64,000 nucleotides of DNA from Victivallales bacterium (GCA_045114455.1 JBGUKN010000072.1:945-64944); one strand, 5' to 3'; positions 55,517-64,000 are shown, counted from the stretch's first letter. Notes: a model not told the origin generated them from the sequence alone. Numbers and translations: made by a program.

Positions 55517-56413
55517 ATGCCCCGATCCCTGCAAATCCTCTACGCCGCGCTCCGCTTCGGCACGCGCTTCCGCGGTCCCGTGAAGCCCGACGAGCCCGCG
55601 CTGTACTCCCGCGCCCTGATGCTCCAGCCGTTCGCCGGACTTCTGATCGGGGCGGCCGCCGCGGTCCCGACGCTGTTCGTCAGCTCGAGTTTCCGCGGCC
55701 TGCAGGGGCTGATCCTGTTCGCCTCCGGCATCTACCTCTTCCTGATGGAATGGCTCACGCGATTCGACAATCTCCTCGCGTTCGACGCCGCCTGCCGGAT
55801 GCTCGCCGGGGCAAATGTCTCCCCGGAGGAACGCCTCGCCCGCGCCGCACGGCCCGGCTCCTCCCCGTGCACGGCCATTCTGATCGGACTGAAGATGCTG
55901 GTGGTCTACCTGATCTTCATGCGGACCGCGCTCTTTGGCGACAACCTGATGCTCGCGCTCATGTTCCTGTCCGTGCCATTCTTCGGACGGATCGCGATGC
56001 TGTTCGCCTATCCGTCGGGTTCCGGCAGGGAACGCCCCGAGGTCTACGAAGTGATCCGTCTGGGCTGGGTCCTGCTGGCGATGCTGCTTTTGGCGCTCGC
56101 GCTCGGCATGATCCGCACATACGGCGGCGAGTTCTTCTCCTTCCGATCCATGAAGCTCACGATGTCCGGGTTCCGCGCACGGGGAAGCGGCGCCACGGGC
56201 TTTTCCCCGTTCCTCACGATCGTCAGCCTCGGTATTCAGGACGCCGTCACGTTCCTGGCGACCGGATTCCTGTCCGTGCTGTACTGGAACACCGAGGCGG
56301 GAAAAAAGCTGAAGACCGCACCGCCGCCCGAATTCGCCGGGGCCGTCTGCGAGACCGCCGAACTCGGCGCGATGATCGTCTTCCTGATCCTCGCCGACGA
56401 CGTGATCTTCTGA
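55517..56413 (+). CDS. CobS-like (adenosylcobinamide-GDP ribazoletransferase family) membrane protein, divergent
   Basis: LQILYAALRFGTRFRGP, FAGLLIGAAAAV and the C-terminal AGAVCETAELGAMIVFLIL align by eye with CobS. The HxDGLADxxDG motif is replaced by RFDNLLAFDAA. Confidence 0.45.
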   Translation: MPRSLQILYAALRFGTRFRGPVKPDEPALYSRALMLQPFAGLLIGAAAAVPTLFVSSSFRGLQGLILFASGIYLFLMEWLTRFDNLLAFDAACRMLAGANVSPEERLARAARPGSSPCTAILIGLKMLVVYLIFMRTALFGDNLMLALMFLSVPFFGRIAMLFAYPSGSGRERPEVYEVIRLGWVLLAMLLLALALGMIRTYGGEFFSFRSMKLTMSGFRARGSGATGFSPFLTIVSLGIQDAVTFLATGFLSVLYWNTEAGKKLKTAPPPEFAGAVCETAELGAMIVFLILADDVIF

Positions 56414-56447
56414 GCGCAATAACAACCTGAACTTTGGAGGTTGAGCC

Positions 56448-57245
56448 ATGAAAAAGAGACTGTTCTTTGTCTTTTTGGGATTGGTCGTGCTGCTCACAGG
56501 CTGCGGACGCATCAAAAGGAAACTGAGCGGCGGCAGTTCGTCGAAGCCGCCGCCAAAAGACCCGTTTTACACGGATACGGGCTTCCGGGATACGTACCGC
56601 TTTCCCCTGAAATATCCATACGAGGTCTTTATGATCGATAACTTGGATGACGGGTATCTGTCGGCATCGAAATATGTCAAGGACCCGGATTCGAATTCCG
56701 GAGACGGCGCGCTCTCCGGCCTCCTGGACCTGAAGGGGAAGATCACCGATCTTCATCTGCACGAGGACTATGCGTTTTTCCGGAGAGAGGACTGGACGTA
56801 CGGATATCTGCAATACAGTACCGGGGAAGTGCGCCTGTTCGAGACGGAAGAGGAACTGAAGAGGGTGTGTCTTCTGGACCCCGAGGATTTCAAGCCGCTG
56901 GAATACTACTACAAGCTGTTCGAAAAGGGCACGGTCATGTATCCGCCGCCGGATCCCGCGAAGAAGAAAGAGATCCGTTTCCATGTGATTTCGCATTTCC
57001 ACGGCCTGGCGGTCAAAATGGTTCCCGAGGCGGCGTATTCGAACGGGGAGCGCGGACCGGCCATCATCCAGGTGGTTTCCGGCGAAACCGGCGGAGAGAT
57101 CGAGATCGAGACCGGAAAGCTTATCCGGGGGAATCTGTCTCAGGAAGCGCAGGACTGGATCGGCAAGTGGCTGCCGCTGCACCGGGACGAACTGATGGAG
57201 ATATGGGAAACGCGGAAGCTGAAGGAGATCCCTCCGCTGGAATGA
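56448..57245 (+). CDS. Lipoprotein with a C-terminal DUF4160-like domain
   Basis: Lipobox VVLLTGC. The C-terminal 90 aa or so (IRFHVISHFHGLAVKM...IEIETGKLIRGNLSQEAQDWIGKWLPLHRDELMEIWETRKLKEIPPLE) follow the DUF4160 pattern. Confidence 0.6.
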   Translation: MKKRLFFVFLGLVVLLTGCGRIKRKLSGGSSSKPPPKDPFYTDTGFRDTYRFPLKYPYEVFMIDNLDDGYLSASKYVKDPDSNSGDGALSGLLDLKGKITDLHLHEDYAFFRREDWTYGYLQYSTGEVRLFETEEELKRVCLLDPEDFKPLEYYYKLFEKGTVMYPPPDPAKKKEIRFHVISHFHGLAVKMVPEAAYSNGERGPAIIQVVSGETGGEIEIETGKLIRGNLSQEAQDWIGKWLPLHRDELMEIWETRKLKEIPPLE

Positions 57246-57269
57246 GACGGCCGCCCGTTCGGTCCGGCT

Positions 57270-58307
57270 TCAGGCGTGGTGCATCACCAGGTACGCGGTG
57301 TACGCGATGTACGCCGTCAGCAGCAGCGCGCCCTGAACGCGGTTGAGGCGCTTCCCGAACATTCCGAACAGGAACAGCGCGCCGGACGTGCCGAGCATGA
57401 CCGCGAAATCCATTCCGCGGATGCTTTCTCCCACGAGCGGCGAGATCACGGGCACGATGCCGAGGATGCAGAAGACGTTGAAGATGTTCGAGCCCACGAT
57501 GTTCCCGATGGCGATGTCGTTTTCGCCCTTCAGCGCCGCCACGAACGACGTGGCGAGCTCCGGCAGGCTGGTCCCGACCGCCACGATCGTGAGCCCGGTC
57601 ACGGCTTTGCTGATGCCGAACGCGTTCGCGAACGCCACGGCGGAAATCAGGAACGACTTCGCGCCGAGCACGAGCATGGCAACACCCCCCGCGACCGCAA
57701 GCACGGCCAGCGGCACGCCGAGCGGTTTTTCCATGCTCTCCGCGACTTCGGGATCGACGCCCGACTCCGCCTCGCCCTCCGCCGCGCCGTCAGCCGCCTT
57801 CTTCGCCTCCTGTTTCTTCGAAATGATCACGTTCAGCGTAGTGTAGGTCAGGATGCACAGGAAGAAGAACGCGCCTTCCCAGCGGTTGATGCCGTGGCTC
57901 AGGAAATAGAATCCGGCAAGCGCGAGCATGGCGAACATCATCACCGGCAGGTCGAACCGCTTCAGGTTCGCGTGGAACGGTATCGGGCGGAGCACGGCGC
58001 ACAATCCGAGGATCAGCGCCACGTTGCAGATGTTCGACCCGATCACGTTGCCGAGGCTGATATCCGCCGATCCGCGCAGCGCCGAGTCGATGCTCACGAC
58101 CAGTTCCGGCGCGCTGGTGGCGAACGCCGCGAGCGTGAGGCCGATCACAAGGCGGGAGACGCGCGCCTTCAGCGCCAGCGAAACGCCGCCGCGTACCAGG
58201 AACTCCGCCCCGTAGTACAGCAGAGCCACTCCAAGGACGGCAAGCCCGAGATTGCGGAAAATGTCAAGCGTCGGCATCGTGAATTCGATCTCCCTGAAAC
58301 GATCCAT
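57270..58307 (-). CDS. CaCA-family cation/Ca2+ antiporter (YrbG-like)
   Basis: Two alpha-repeats, GLTLAAFATSAPELVVS...GNVIGSNICNV and GLTIVAVGTSLPELATS...GNIVGSNIFNV. Confidence 0.88.
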   Translation of the reverse strand: MDRFREIEFTMPTLDIFRNLGLAVLGVALLYYGAEFLVRGGVSLALKARVSRLVIGLTLAAFATSAPELVVSIDSALRGSADISLGNVIGSNICNVALILGLCAVLRPIPFHANLKRFDLPVMMFAMLALAGFYFLSHGINRWEGAFFFLCILTYTTLNVIISKKQEAKKAADGAAEGEAESGVDPEVAESMEKPLGVPLAVLAVAGGVAMLVLGAKSFLISAVAFANAFGISKAVTGLTIVAVGTSLPELATSFVAALKGENDIAIGNIVGSNIFNVFCILGIVPVISPLVGESIRGMDFAVMLGTSGALFLFGMFGKRLNRVQGALLLTAYIAYTAYLVMHHA

Positions 58308-58408
58308 AAAACCCGTTCTCCGCCCGCCCCTTCCGGCGGCTGCGGGAAACTTCGACCTCTTAATCTACACGTTTTTTACCGGATTTCAAGTTTTTTCGGG
58401 AAATCGGC

Positions 58409-58436
58409 TTGCTTTTCCGCGTTCGCGTGATACTTT
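58409..58436 (+). promoter_or_regulatory. Candidate promoter
   Basis: TTGCTT (58409-58414), 16-nt spacer, TACTTT (58431-58436). About 180 nt of structured leader precede the 58620 gene. Confidence 0.3.
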
Positions 58437-58619
58437 TATAGTTATGAACAATGAACGAGATCGGCACAATCCTGCCCGCTCGCCATTTCAACACGAACAC
58501 TGCCGAAGTGGAGGCCCCGCCTCCGGAGCACAAACCAAACACTACGACTACCCCGTGCCGGAGCATAGCCCGGCACAACAATAGTGGAGGGCTTGCCCTC
58601 CCCGGAAAGGAACGGCCCC

Positions 58620-59318
58620 ATGAGGATTCGCATCGCACTTACGGCTTTCTTCTGCATGCTGGCATGCTGCGCCCTCGTCGCCCAGACCCGGACCGGACAG
58701 AACAATGCGTCCGGCAACGGCAATTCGCGGGGCGGCCTGCTGTCGTCTCCGACCTCGTCGAACTCCGGCAAATCCGCCTCGAAATCATCCGATACGGCCA
58801 GAAGAGGCATCTTCGACATCGCCACGTCATCCGACGCCGGGAAGAAAACGGGTTCCGCCGCGCCCGCCGCGGGCCGGTCGACCGCCACGGCTTCCCCGTT
58901 CGGCACCGCCTCGAACCGCACGCGTTCCTCCTCGGCGCGCCGCTGGAAGACGAACAGCAAGATCGCCGACTGCATCCGGGCGAAAGCCATCCCGTCCAAC
59001 ACCAATCTTTCGTTCTCCGGCACCATCACCAACATCGTCACCGACGGCCGTTACGTCATCCTCACGTTGTTCGATTCCGTGGAGACGGTCACGGAAAACG
59101 GCGCGAAAGGCGACGTCCCGGTCACATACACCGTCGTACTGGACGCCGAATCCGTCGCGGGAAACAACTCCCTCAAAGTCGATGCCAAAAAGAGTTTCAC
59201 TGTGGACAGCAACTACGCCTACCTCGTGTGGGACGATTCCGGCTGCACGGTCCGCGCGGTCGACAATTCCCTGACAGAGCCCGACCAGACCACGACCAAC
59301 AGTTCCTCCAGACGCTGA
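58620..59318 (+). CDS. Secreted hypothetical protein (Ser/Thr-rich linker plus beta-rich C-terminal domain)
   Basis: The ATG at 58620 gives MRIRIALTAFFCMLACCALVAQ (signal peptide). The next 110 aa or so are low-complexity and S/T/G-rich. Confidence 0.55.
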   Translation: MRIRIALTAFFCMLACCALVAQTRTGQNNASGNGNSRGGLLSSPTSSNSGKSASKSSDTARRGIFDIATSSDAGKKTGSAAPAAGRSTATASPFGTASNRTRSSSARRWKTNSKIADCIRAKAIPSNTNLSFSGTITNIVTDGRYVILTLFDSVETVTENGAKGDVPVTYTVVLDAESVAGNNSLKVDAKKSFTVDSNYAYLVWDDSGCTVRAVDNSLTEPDQTTTNSSSRR

Positions 59319-59607
59319 CGCGTTCCCGTCACCGCCCCCTCCTCAAACATTCACACTGTTTCCATGTGTCCGCCCGTATCCCGCCGGGCCCCGGGAGCAG
59401 TTTTTTTTCCATTACATTTTCTGTTTCGTCCTGATTCCGCCGCTTTTTCTCATCTGAGGCAAAACAAACGGCTTGCGAACAGGACGTTTTTGTTTCGGCA
59501 AATTCGCCCCCTGTTTTTCATGGGATGTCCATGCCCTTTCACTGTTTTACGTTTTGTGAAAACGGATTCGGGGGCATACGATCCTTTTTCAGCCTGAAAA
59601 AAACACT

Positions 59608-59623
59608 TGGCACGGGACTTGCT
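59608..59623 (+). promoter_or_regulatory. Sigma-54 (RpoN) promoter for glnK-amtB
   Basis: TGGCACGGGACTTGCT matches the TGGCACG-N4-TTGCW consensus exactly at the -24 GG and -12 GC positions. It lies 45 nt upstream of the glnK ATG. Confidence 0.8.
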
Positions 59624-59667
59624 TCCACAAGGCAACTAACCAGCGAACGCAAGATAGGAGGTTCGTT

Positions 59668-60009
59668 ATGAAACTGGTGATTGCATATATTCAGCCGGAT
59701 CGGCTGAATCCGGTCAAGCAGGCGTTGTACGCCCGCAGCGTATTCAAGATCTCCGTGACCAATGCCCTGGGATGCGGACAGCAGCGCGGCTATGCGCAGA
59801 TGTGGCGCGGCGCGCTGAAGGAAGTCAACCTTCTGAAGAAAGTCCGTCTGGCCATCGCGGTCAACGATGAATTCGTCGAAACCACGATCGAAGGCATTTG
59901 CGAAGGTGCGAGGACAGGCCATATCGGCGATGGAAAGATCTTTGTTCTGCCGATGGACGAATGCATCCGCATTCGTACGGGAGAACGCGGTTCCGAGGCG
60001 ATCGGATAA
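59668..60009 (+). CDS. glnK: P-II family nitrogen regulatory protein (GlnK-like)
   Basis: Collinear with GlnB/GlnK, including TGHIGDGKIFVLPMDECIRIRTGERG. AGGAGG SD. Immediately upstream of amt. Confidence 0.9.
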   Translation: MKLVIAYIQPDRLNPVKQALYARSVFKISVTNALGCGQQRGYAQMWRGALKEVNLLKKVRLAIAVNDEFVETTIEGICEGARTGHIGDGKIFVLPMDECIRIRTGERGSEAIG

Positions 60010-60028
60010 GAAAGTCTGAGGTAAAAAA

Positions 60029-61420
60029 ATGAAAAGAATTCTGACACTCATTGCCGTATGCGGCGCCGTATGCGCCGCAGCGGCCGCGGAAAACAGCGCA
60101 CCCGCCGCGATGGAAACGGCGGAAGCCGTCCAGGTCAATTTGAACGTTACGCCCGCCACGGCGGAAGCTGTGGAAGCCGTTCAGGTCAATCTGAACGTCG
60201 TCTGGACGCTGATCGCAGGCATCCTGGTATTCGTGATGCAGGCCGGGTTCGCTCTGGTGGAAGCCGGTCTGACGCGTGCCAAGAACACGAGCAACATCAT
60301 GATGAAAAACGTGATGGACTTCGTGATCGGCTCCGTCTGCTTCTGGCTGATCGGCTCTGCGTTCATGTTCGGCGCGACCAGGATGGGCTTCATCGGCACG
60401 GACGGCTTCCTCATGGACATTTTCAACACGGGCGACGACTGGAACTGGACCTACATGTTCTTCCAGACGATGTTCTGCGCGACGGCCGCGACGATCGTTT
60501 CCGGCGCCATGGCGGAACGGACGCAGTTCCGCTCCTACCTGATCTACTCCGCGCTCATCTCCCTCTTCATCTACCCGATCGCGGGCAAATGGGCATGGGG
60601 CGGCGGCTGGCTGGCGGACCTGAACTTCCATGACTTCGCCGGATCCACCGTGGTGCACAGCGTCGGCGGCTGGCTCGCCCTTACCGGCGCGATCGTCCTC
60701 GGACCCAGAATCGGCAAATACGGCCCGGACGGAAAGCCGCGCGCCATCCCCGGACACAACATCGCGTTCGCCGCGATCGGCGTGCTGGTCCTCTGGATCG
60801 GCTGGTTCGGATTCAACCCGGGCTCGACCGTCGCCGGAAACGGCGATATCGGCCGGGTGGCCCTGATCACGAACTTCGGCGCAGTCGCCGGCACCCTCAC
60901 GGCGATGCTTACCGCCTGGGCGATCCTGAAGAAGCCGGATGCCTCGATGACGCTGAACGGCGCGCTCGCCGGACTCGTGGCGATCACCGCCCCCTGCGAC
61001 ATCGTGACGCCCGTCGGCGCGCTCATCATCGGCGCAATCGCCGGCGTGCTCGTGGTCCTGAGCGTGCTTGCCATCGACCGCCTGAAAGTCGACGATCCGG
61101 TCGGCGCGGTCAGCGTCCACCTGGTCAACGGCGTCTGGGGCACGCTCGCCTGCGGTCTCTTCGGCGCGGAAGGCGTCCTGAAGATCGCCGATGCGAACAC
61201 CGGCCTGTTCTACGGCGGCGGATTCCACTCCACCGGAATCCAGCTCCTCGGGATCGCCGCGTACGGCGCCTGGGCGTTCATTCTGGGCATGATCACGTTC
61301 GTGACGCTCAAGAAGACGGTCGGCCTGCGCGTCAGCGCGGAGGAAGAACTCAAGGGCCTGGATATCACCGAGCACGGAAACGATGCTTATGCCGGATTCC
61401 AGATCTTCACGAATGAATAA
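60029..61420 (+). CDS. amtB: Ammonium transporter (Amt family)
   Basis: VFVMQAGFALVEAG, DFAGSTVVHSVGGW, VHLVNGVWGTL. A signal peptide precedes a duplicated 17-aa segment before TM1. Confidence 0.93.
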   Translation: MKRILTLIAVCGAVCAAAAAENSAPAAMETAEAVQVNLNVTPATAEAVEAVQVNLNVVWTLIAGILVFVMQAGFALVEAGLTRAKNTSNIMMKNVMDFVIGSVCFWLIGSAFMFGATRMGFIGTDGFLMDIFNTGDDWNWTYMFFQTMFCATAATIVSGAMAERTQFRSYLIYSALISLFIYPIAGKWAWGGGWLADLNFHDFAGSTVVHSVGGWLALTGAIVLGPRIGKYGPDGKPRAIPGHNIAFAAIGVLVLWIGWFGFNPGSTVAGNGDIGRVALITNFGAVAGTLTAMLTAWAILKKPDASMTLNGALAGLVAITAPCDIVTPVGALIIGAIAGVLVVLSVLAIDRLKVDDPVGAVSVHLVNGVWGTLACGLFGAEGVLKIADANTGLFYGGGFHSTGIQLLGIAAYGAWAFILGMITFVTLKKTVGLRVSAEEELKGLDITEHGNDAYAGFQIFTNE

Positions 61421-61437
61421 GTAAATGTTGCAACCCG

Positions 61438-61491
61438 GACGGGATTTCGGGCGGTGTCGATGATCAGTCCGCCGGAAATCCCGTCTTTTTT
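61438..61491 (+). terminator. Rho-independent terminator after amtB
   Basis: GACGGGATTTCGGGCGG ... CCGCCGGAAATCCCGTC (stem of about 17 bp with one mismatch) followed by TTTTTT. Confidence 0.8.
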
Positions 61492-61754
61492 GCTGTCCGA
61501 CGGCAACACTCTCCAAAAAGGAATAGGCCGAAAGGTGACGTTTTATCCGTCACACGCAATTCGCACAAAGTCAAGCACATGACGGAGTGACGGACGGATT
61601 TGACAATCGTTCCGTCATTTCTTTTTTCTATCGGATCATCCCTTTTTCATGTCAAATATTTTATAAGATAATGATCTAAATAGCATCAATCCGCTCTCCG
61701 AAAAACCACCGCCGCGCCGGAACGCTTTTCTGACGGAAAAAGCGAAAAACCGGC

Positions 61755-61783
61755 TTTAAAAACCGCCGGAAGACGGCTATATT
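61755..61783 (+). promoter_or_regulatory. Sigma-70-like promoter
   Basis: TTTAAA (61755-61760), 17-nt spacer, TATATT (61778-61783), upstream of the flavodoxin-like gene. Confidence 0.4.
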
Positions 61784-61915
61784 AACCGTGATTTCTTTCA
61801 CGACGGTCTGATCCGCATTGCATTTCGCCGCCCCCGTCGCCGGGTCGTGGCGGGCGGGTCTGCACTGCGGCCGTCACATTTACCGGCGGAACGGACAGAG
61901 AATGGAACGGAACGC

Positions 61916-62608
61916 ATGAAAACGGTCATCATACACGGACAGAACCACAAGGGCTCCACCTACCATATCGCGCATGAGCTTGCGGAGAAGATCGGGGGAG
62001 AGACCACGGAGTTTTTCCTGCCGGAGGACTTCGGCGAATTCTGCACGGGCTGCAACGTCTGTTTTGCAAAAGGCGAATCGCACTGTCCCCATTCCGGCAG
62101 GCTCGCCCCGATCACGAAGGCGCTGGACGCCGCAGATGTCATCATTCTGGCCAGTCCCGTTTATGTGTATCACGCCACGGGCGCGATGAAAGCGTTTCTG
62201 GATCACTGCGGATACCGTTGGATGGTCCACAGGCCGGAAGGATCCATGTTCCGGAAACAGGGCGTCTGTATCTGCACCGCCGCCGGCGCGGGGATGAAAT
62301 CCACGCTGAAGGACATGGCGGACAGCCTCTTTTTCTGGGGCGTCGCCAAAACATACCGATACGGCGCCGCCGTCACCGCCGTGAACTGGGAAGGCGTGCG
62401 GGAATCGAAGAAGAAGAATCTTGACCGCGCGACCTCGCGGCTTGCGGAAAAGATCGTCCGTCGGAACGGGAAAGTCAGGCCCGGGCTGAAGACCAGGATC
62501 TTTTTCCATGTGATGCGCCTGATCCACAGAAAAAAAGCATTCGGCCCGAAAGACGCCGGATACTGGGAGGAAAAAGGCTGGACCGGAAGCAAACGCCCGT
62601 GGGAATGA
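61916..62608 (+). CDS. Flavodoxin-like fold NAD(P)H-dependent FMN reductase family protein
   Basis: The ATG at 61916 gives MKTVIIHGQNHKGSTYHIA...ADVIILASPVYVYHATGAMKAFLDH. Confidence 0.7.
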   Translation: MKTVIIHGQNHKGSTYHIAHELAEKIGGETTEFFLPEDFGEFCTGCNVCFAKGESHCPHSGRLAPITKALDAADVIILASPVYVYHATGAMKAFLDHCGYRWMVHRPEGSMFRKQGVCICTAAGAGMKSTLKDMADSLFFWGVAKTYRYGAAVTAVNWEGVRESKKKNLDRATSRLAEKIVRRNGKVRPGLKTRIFFHVMRLIHRKKAFGPKDAGYWEEKGWTGSKRPWE

Positions 62609-62632
62609 GCACGGCGGCATCCGCGGCGTTTC

Positions 62633-63673
62633 TCAAACCTTCGAGTCGGCGGGGGCTTCTTTGACCTTCGGGAACCGCAGGCGGCAGTACAGATGGACCG
62701 TCCGCAGCGCGTTCCGGGAGATCAGGCGCTTTTTGAACCTGAATCCCTTCGACATGCCGGGCGTCGCGGTCCGCCGTATCGTTTCCAGAAGTTCGCCGTC
62801 TGTTTCGCGTTCGATCCTGGCCCGGAAATCCGTAAAACCGTCCGCGAGGCGTCCGCATGAAATATACTTGTCCCAGAGATAAGTGACCGCGAAATGAACG
62901 GCCTGAACGATCCGGTTGCCGTTTCCGTCCGCCAGCTTCAGCAGTTCCCGCAGCGCCGAATAGCCGTTGCGGATGTCGCCGTCTTTGTATTTGTGTATGG
63001 CGGAACCGGGAGTCTCGAAGTAGTTGTAGCCGATGTAGTTCGAAACATAGATGCTGCGGCTTTCATGCAGGGCGTGCAGGACGAACAGCATGTCTTCTCC
63101 CAGACGGATCCCGCCAGGTACTTTTTCGATGCAGCGGATGAAAAGTTCCCTCCTGACCGCCTTGTTCCACATGGCATACGCCATCGCGCCGTCGTTTTCC
63201 GTCCCGGGCCTGCCGTCGAACAGGAAATTCGCCCGGATGAGTTCAGCCTGATCTCCGCGGTACATGCCTTCGTCGAAACGGTCCGCGACCTCCGCTTTTC
63301 CTGCGGCCCCCTGCTGACAATAGCCGAAGCAGACCATGTCCGCGTCTTCATTTTCGCGCAGAATGCGGTCCAGTGTTTCCAGCAGGCCGGAGCTGACCGT
63401 GTCGTCGGAATCGATGCAGAGGACATATTCGCCTTTGCAGACGGCGCCTCCGCTTTTCCTGGCGAGGATCGCGCCCCGATTCGGCTGGTGCAGCACAGTG
63501 ATCCGGAGATCCCGTTTCGCCCATTCGTCGCACAAAACGGGGGTGCGGTCCGCGGATCCGTCGTCGACGAGGACGCACTCCCAGTCGCGGAACGTCTGGG
63601 CCAGGACGGAGTCGAGGCACCGCTCCAGGTCTTTTTCCGCGTTGTAGGCGGGGATGATGATGCTGAATCTCAT
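62633..63673 (-). CDS. Glycosyltransferase family 2
   Basis: MRFSIIIPAYNAEKDLERCLDSVLAQTF...VDDGSAD...IDSDD, the GT-A DxD pattern. Confidence 0.88.
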   Translation of the reverse strand: MRFSIIIPAYNAEKDLERCLDSVLAQTFRDWECVLVDDGSADRTPVLCDEWAKRDLRITVLHQPNRGAILARKSGGAVCKGEYVLCIDSDDTVSSGLLETLDRILRENEDADMVCFGYCQQGAAGKAEVADRFDEGMYRGDQAELIRANFLFDGRPGTENDGAMAYAMWNKAVRRELFIRCIEKVPGGIRLGEDMLFVLHALHESRSIYVSNYIGYNYFETPGSAIHKYKDGDIRNGYSALRELLKLADGNGNRIVQAVHFAVTYLWDKYISCGRLADGFTDFRARIERETDGELLETIRRTATPGMSKGFRFKKRLISRNALRTVHLYCRLRFPKVKEAPADSKV

Positions 63674-63710
63674 ACTGTCGATCGGAGTTGTTTTTTGTGA
63701 AAACCGGCGG

Positions 63711-64000
63711 TTACGATTGCGCCCTCAGCTTTCTGTAATACTGCTTCGCAAAATCCAGCAGATACCAGAAGTTGCTGTTCCGGAACAAAATGCTGAACGC
63801 ACAGAAAACGGCCGCGCCCGTCAGGACCTGAAGGCACAGCAGAAGGATACGGGGAACGGGGATCATGTTCATGAAGGACACCACCACGCACATGATCGCC
63901 GCGGGAAACAGATTTTCCACGATGTCGATGACCTGATTCTTGACTCCATAGCCGATCAGCGACTGGTTCGCGTATGCGTTGATGACGAATGCGATCGTAT
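63711..64000 (-). CDS. Polysaccharide flippase (MOP/Wzx-like), C-terminal fragment (5' end beyond window)
   Basis: The frame is open to the window end. The product is hydrophobic (...IAFVINAYANQSLIGYGVKNQVIDIVENLFPAAIMCVVVSFMNMIPVPRILLLCLQVLTGAAVFCAF...), and the gene sits beside a GT2 gene. Confidence 0.5.
   Translation of the reverse strand, partial: TIAFVINAYANQSLIGYGVKNQVIDIVENLFPAAIMCVVVSFMNMIPVPRILLLCLQVLTGAAVFCAFSILFRNSNFWYLLDFAKQYYRKLRAQS

Noticed and set aside
59861-61516. 551-aa minus-strand ORF
   Set aside because: It is antisense to amtB and glnK and runs through the amtB terminator. It is an artefact.

Overview
High-GC bacterial chromosomal segment, about 60-65% GC from hand counts on sampled lines. 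The gene content and fragmented operons loosely suggest a PVC-superphylum (Lentisphaerota, Kiritimatiellota or Verrucomicrobiota) organism, but that assignment is low confidence. Most of the window is housekeeping. It holds the 3' end of an RNase E/G gene, dut, clpC, and a truncated ribosomal-protein cluster running only from rplV to secY. It also holds a parvulin PPIase, a zinc-ribbon gene followed by htpG, dnaJ and dgt, then rpmE, prfA and a family-4 UDG. Further along are galK with a GH78-like glycosidase, rpmH-rnpA-yidD-yidC-jag, glmM with a GlmU-C-terminal-like acetyltransferase, and glnK-amtB behind a textbook sigma-54 promoter. Amino-sugar salvage genes (NahK-like kinase, nucleotidyltransferase, ROK kinase) form a minus-strand operon at 8-11.5 kb. 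The most unusual region is a visibly lower-GC island at about 41.3-49.1 kb, directly after jag. It is led by an orphan STAS (anti-sigma antagonist) gene. It encodes a priming sugar transferase, a protein fusing a degenerate nucleotidyltransferase, a hexapeptide-repeat (LbH) domain and a degenerate sugar-transferase domain, a Wzc-like co-polymerase whose kinase domain lacks a Walker A motif, Wza, and a Wzy/O-antigen-ligase-like protein. An FrhB-like Fe-S protein and a pyruvyl transferase follow the island. Other oddities are an iteron-like repeat array arranged symmetrically around a perfect hairpin (31.0-31.35 kb), a membrane coiled-coil protein with an AIM24-like C-terminus, a lipoprotein-DUF4160 fusion, a CobS-like protein with an eroded motif, and two orphan, widely separated Opp/Dpp-type permeases. 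I recognised no rRNA, tRNA, CRISPR array, transposase or integrase. All calls come from reading the translations and the DNA by eye; nothing was searched against a database.
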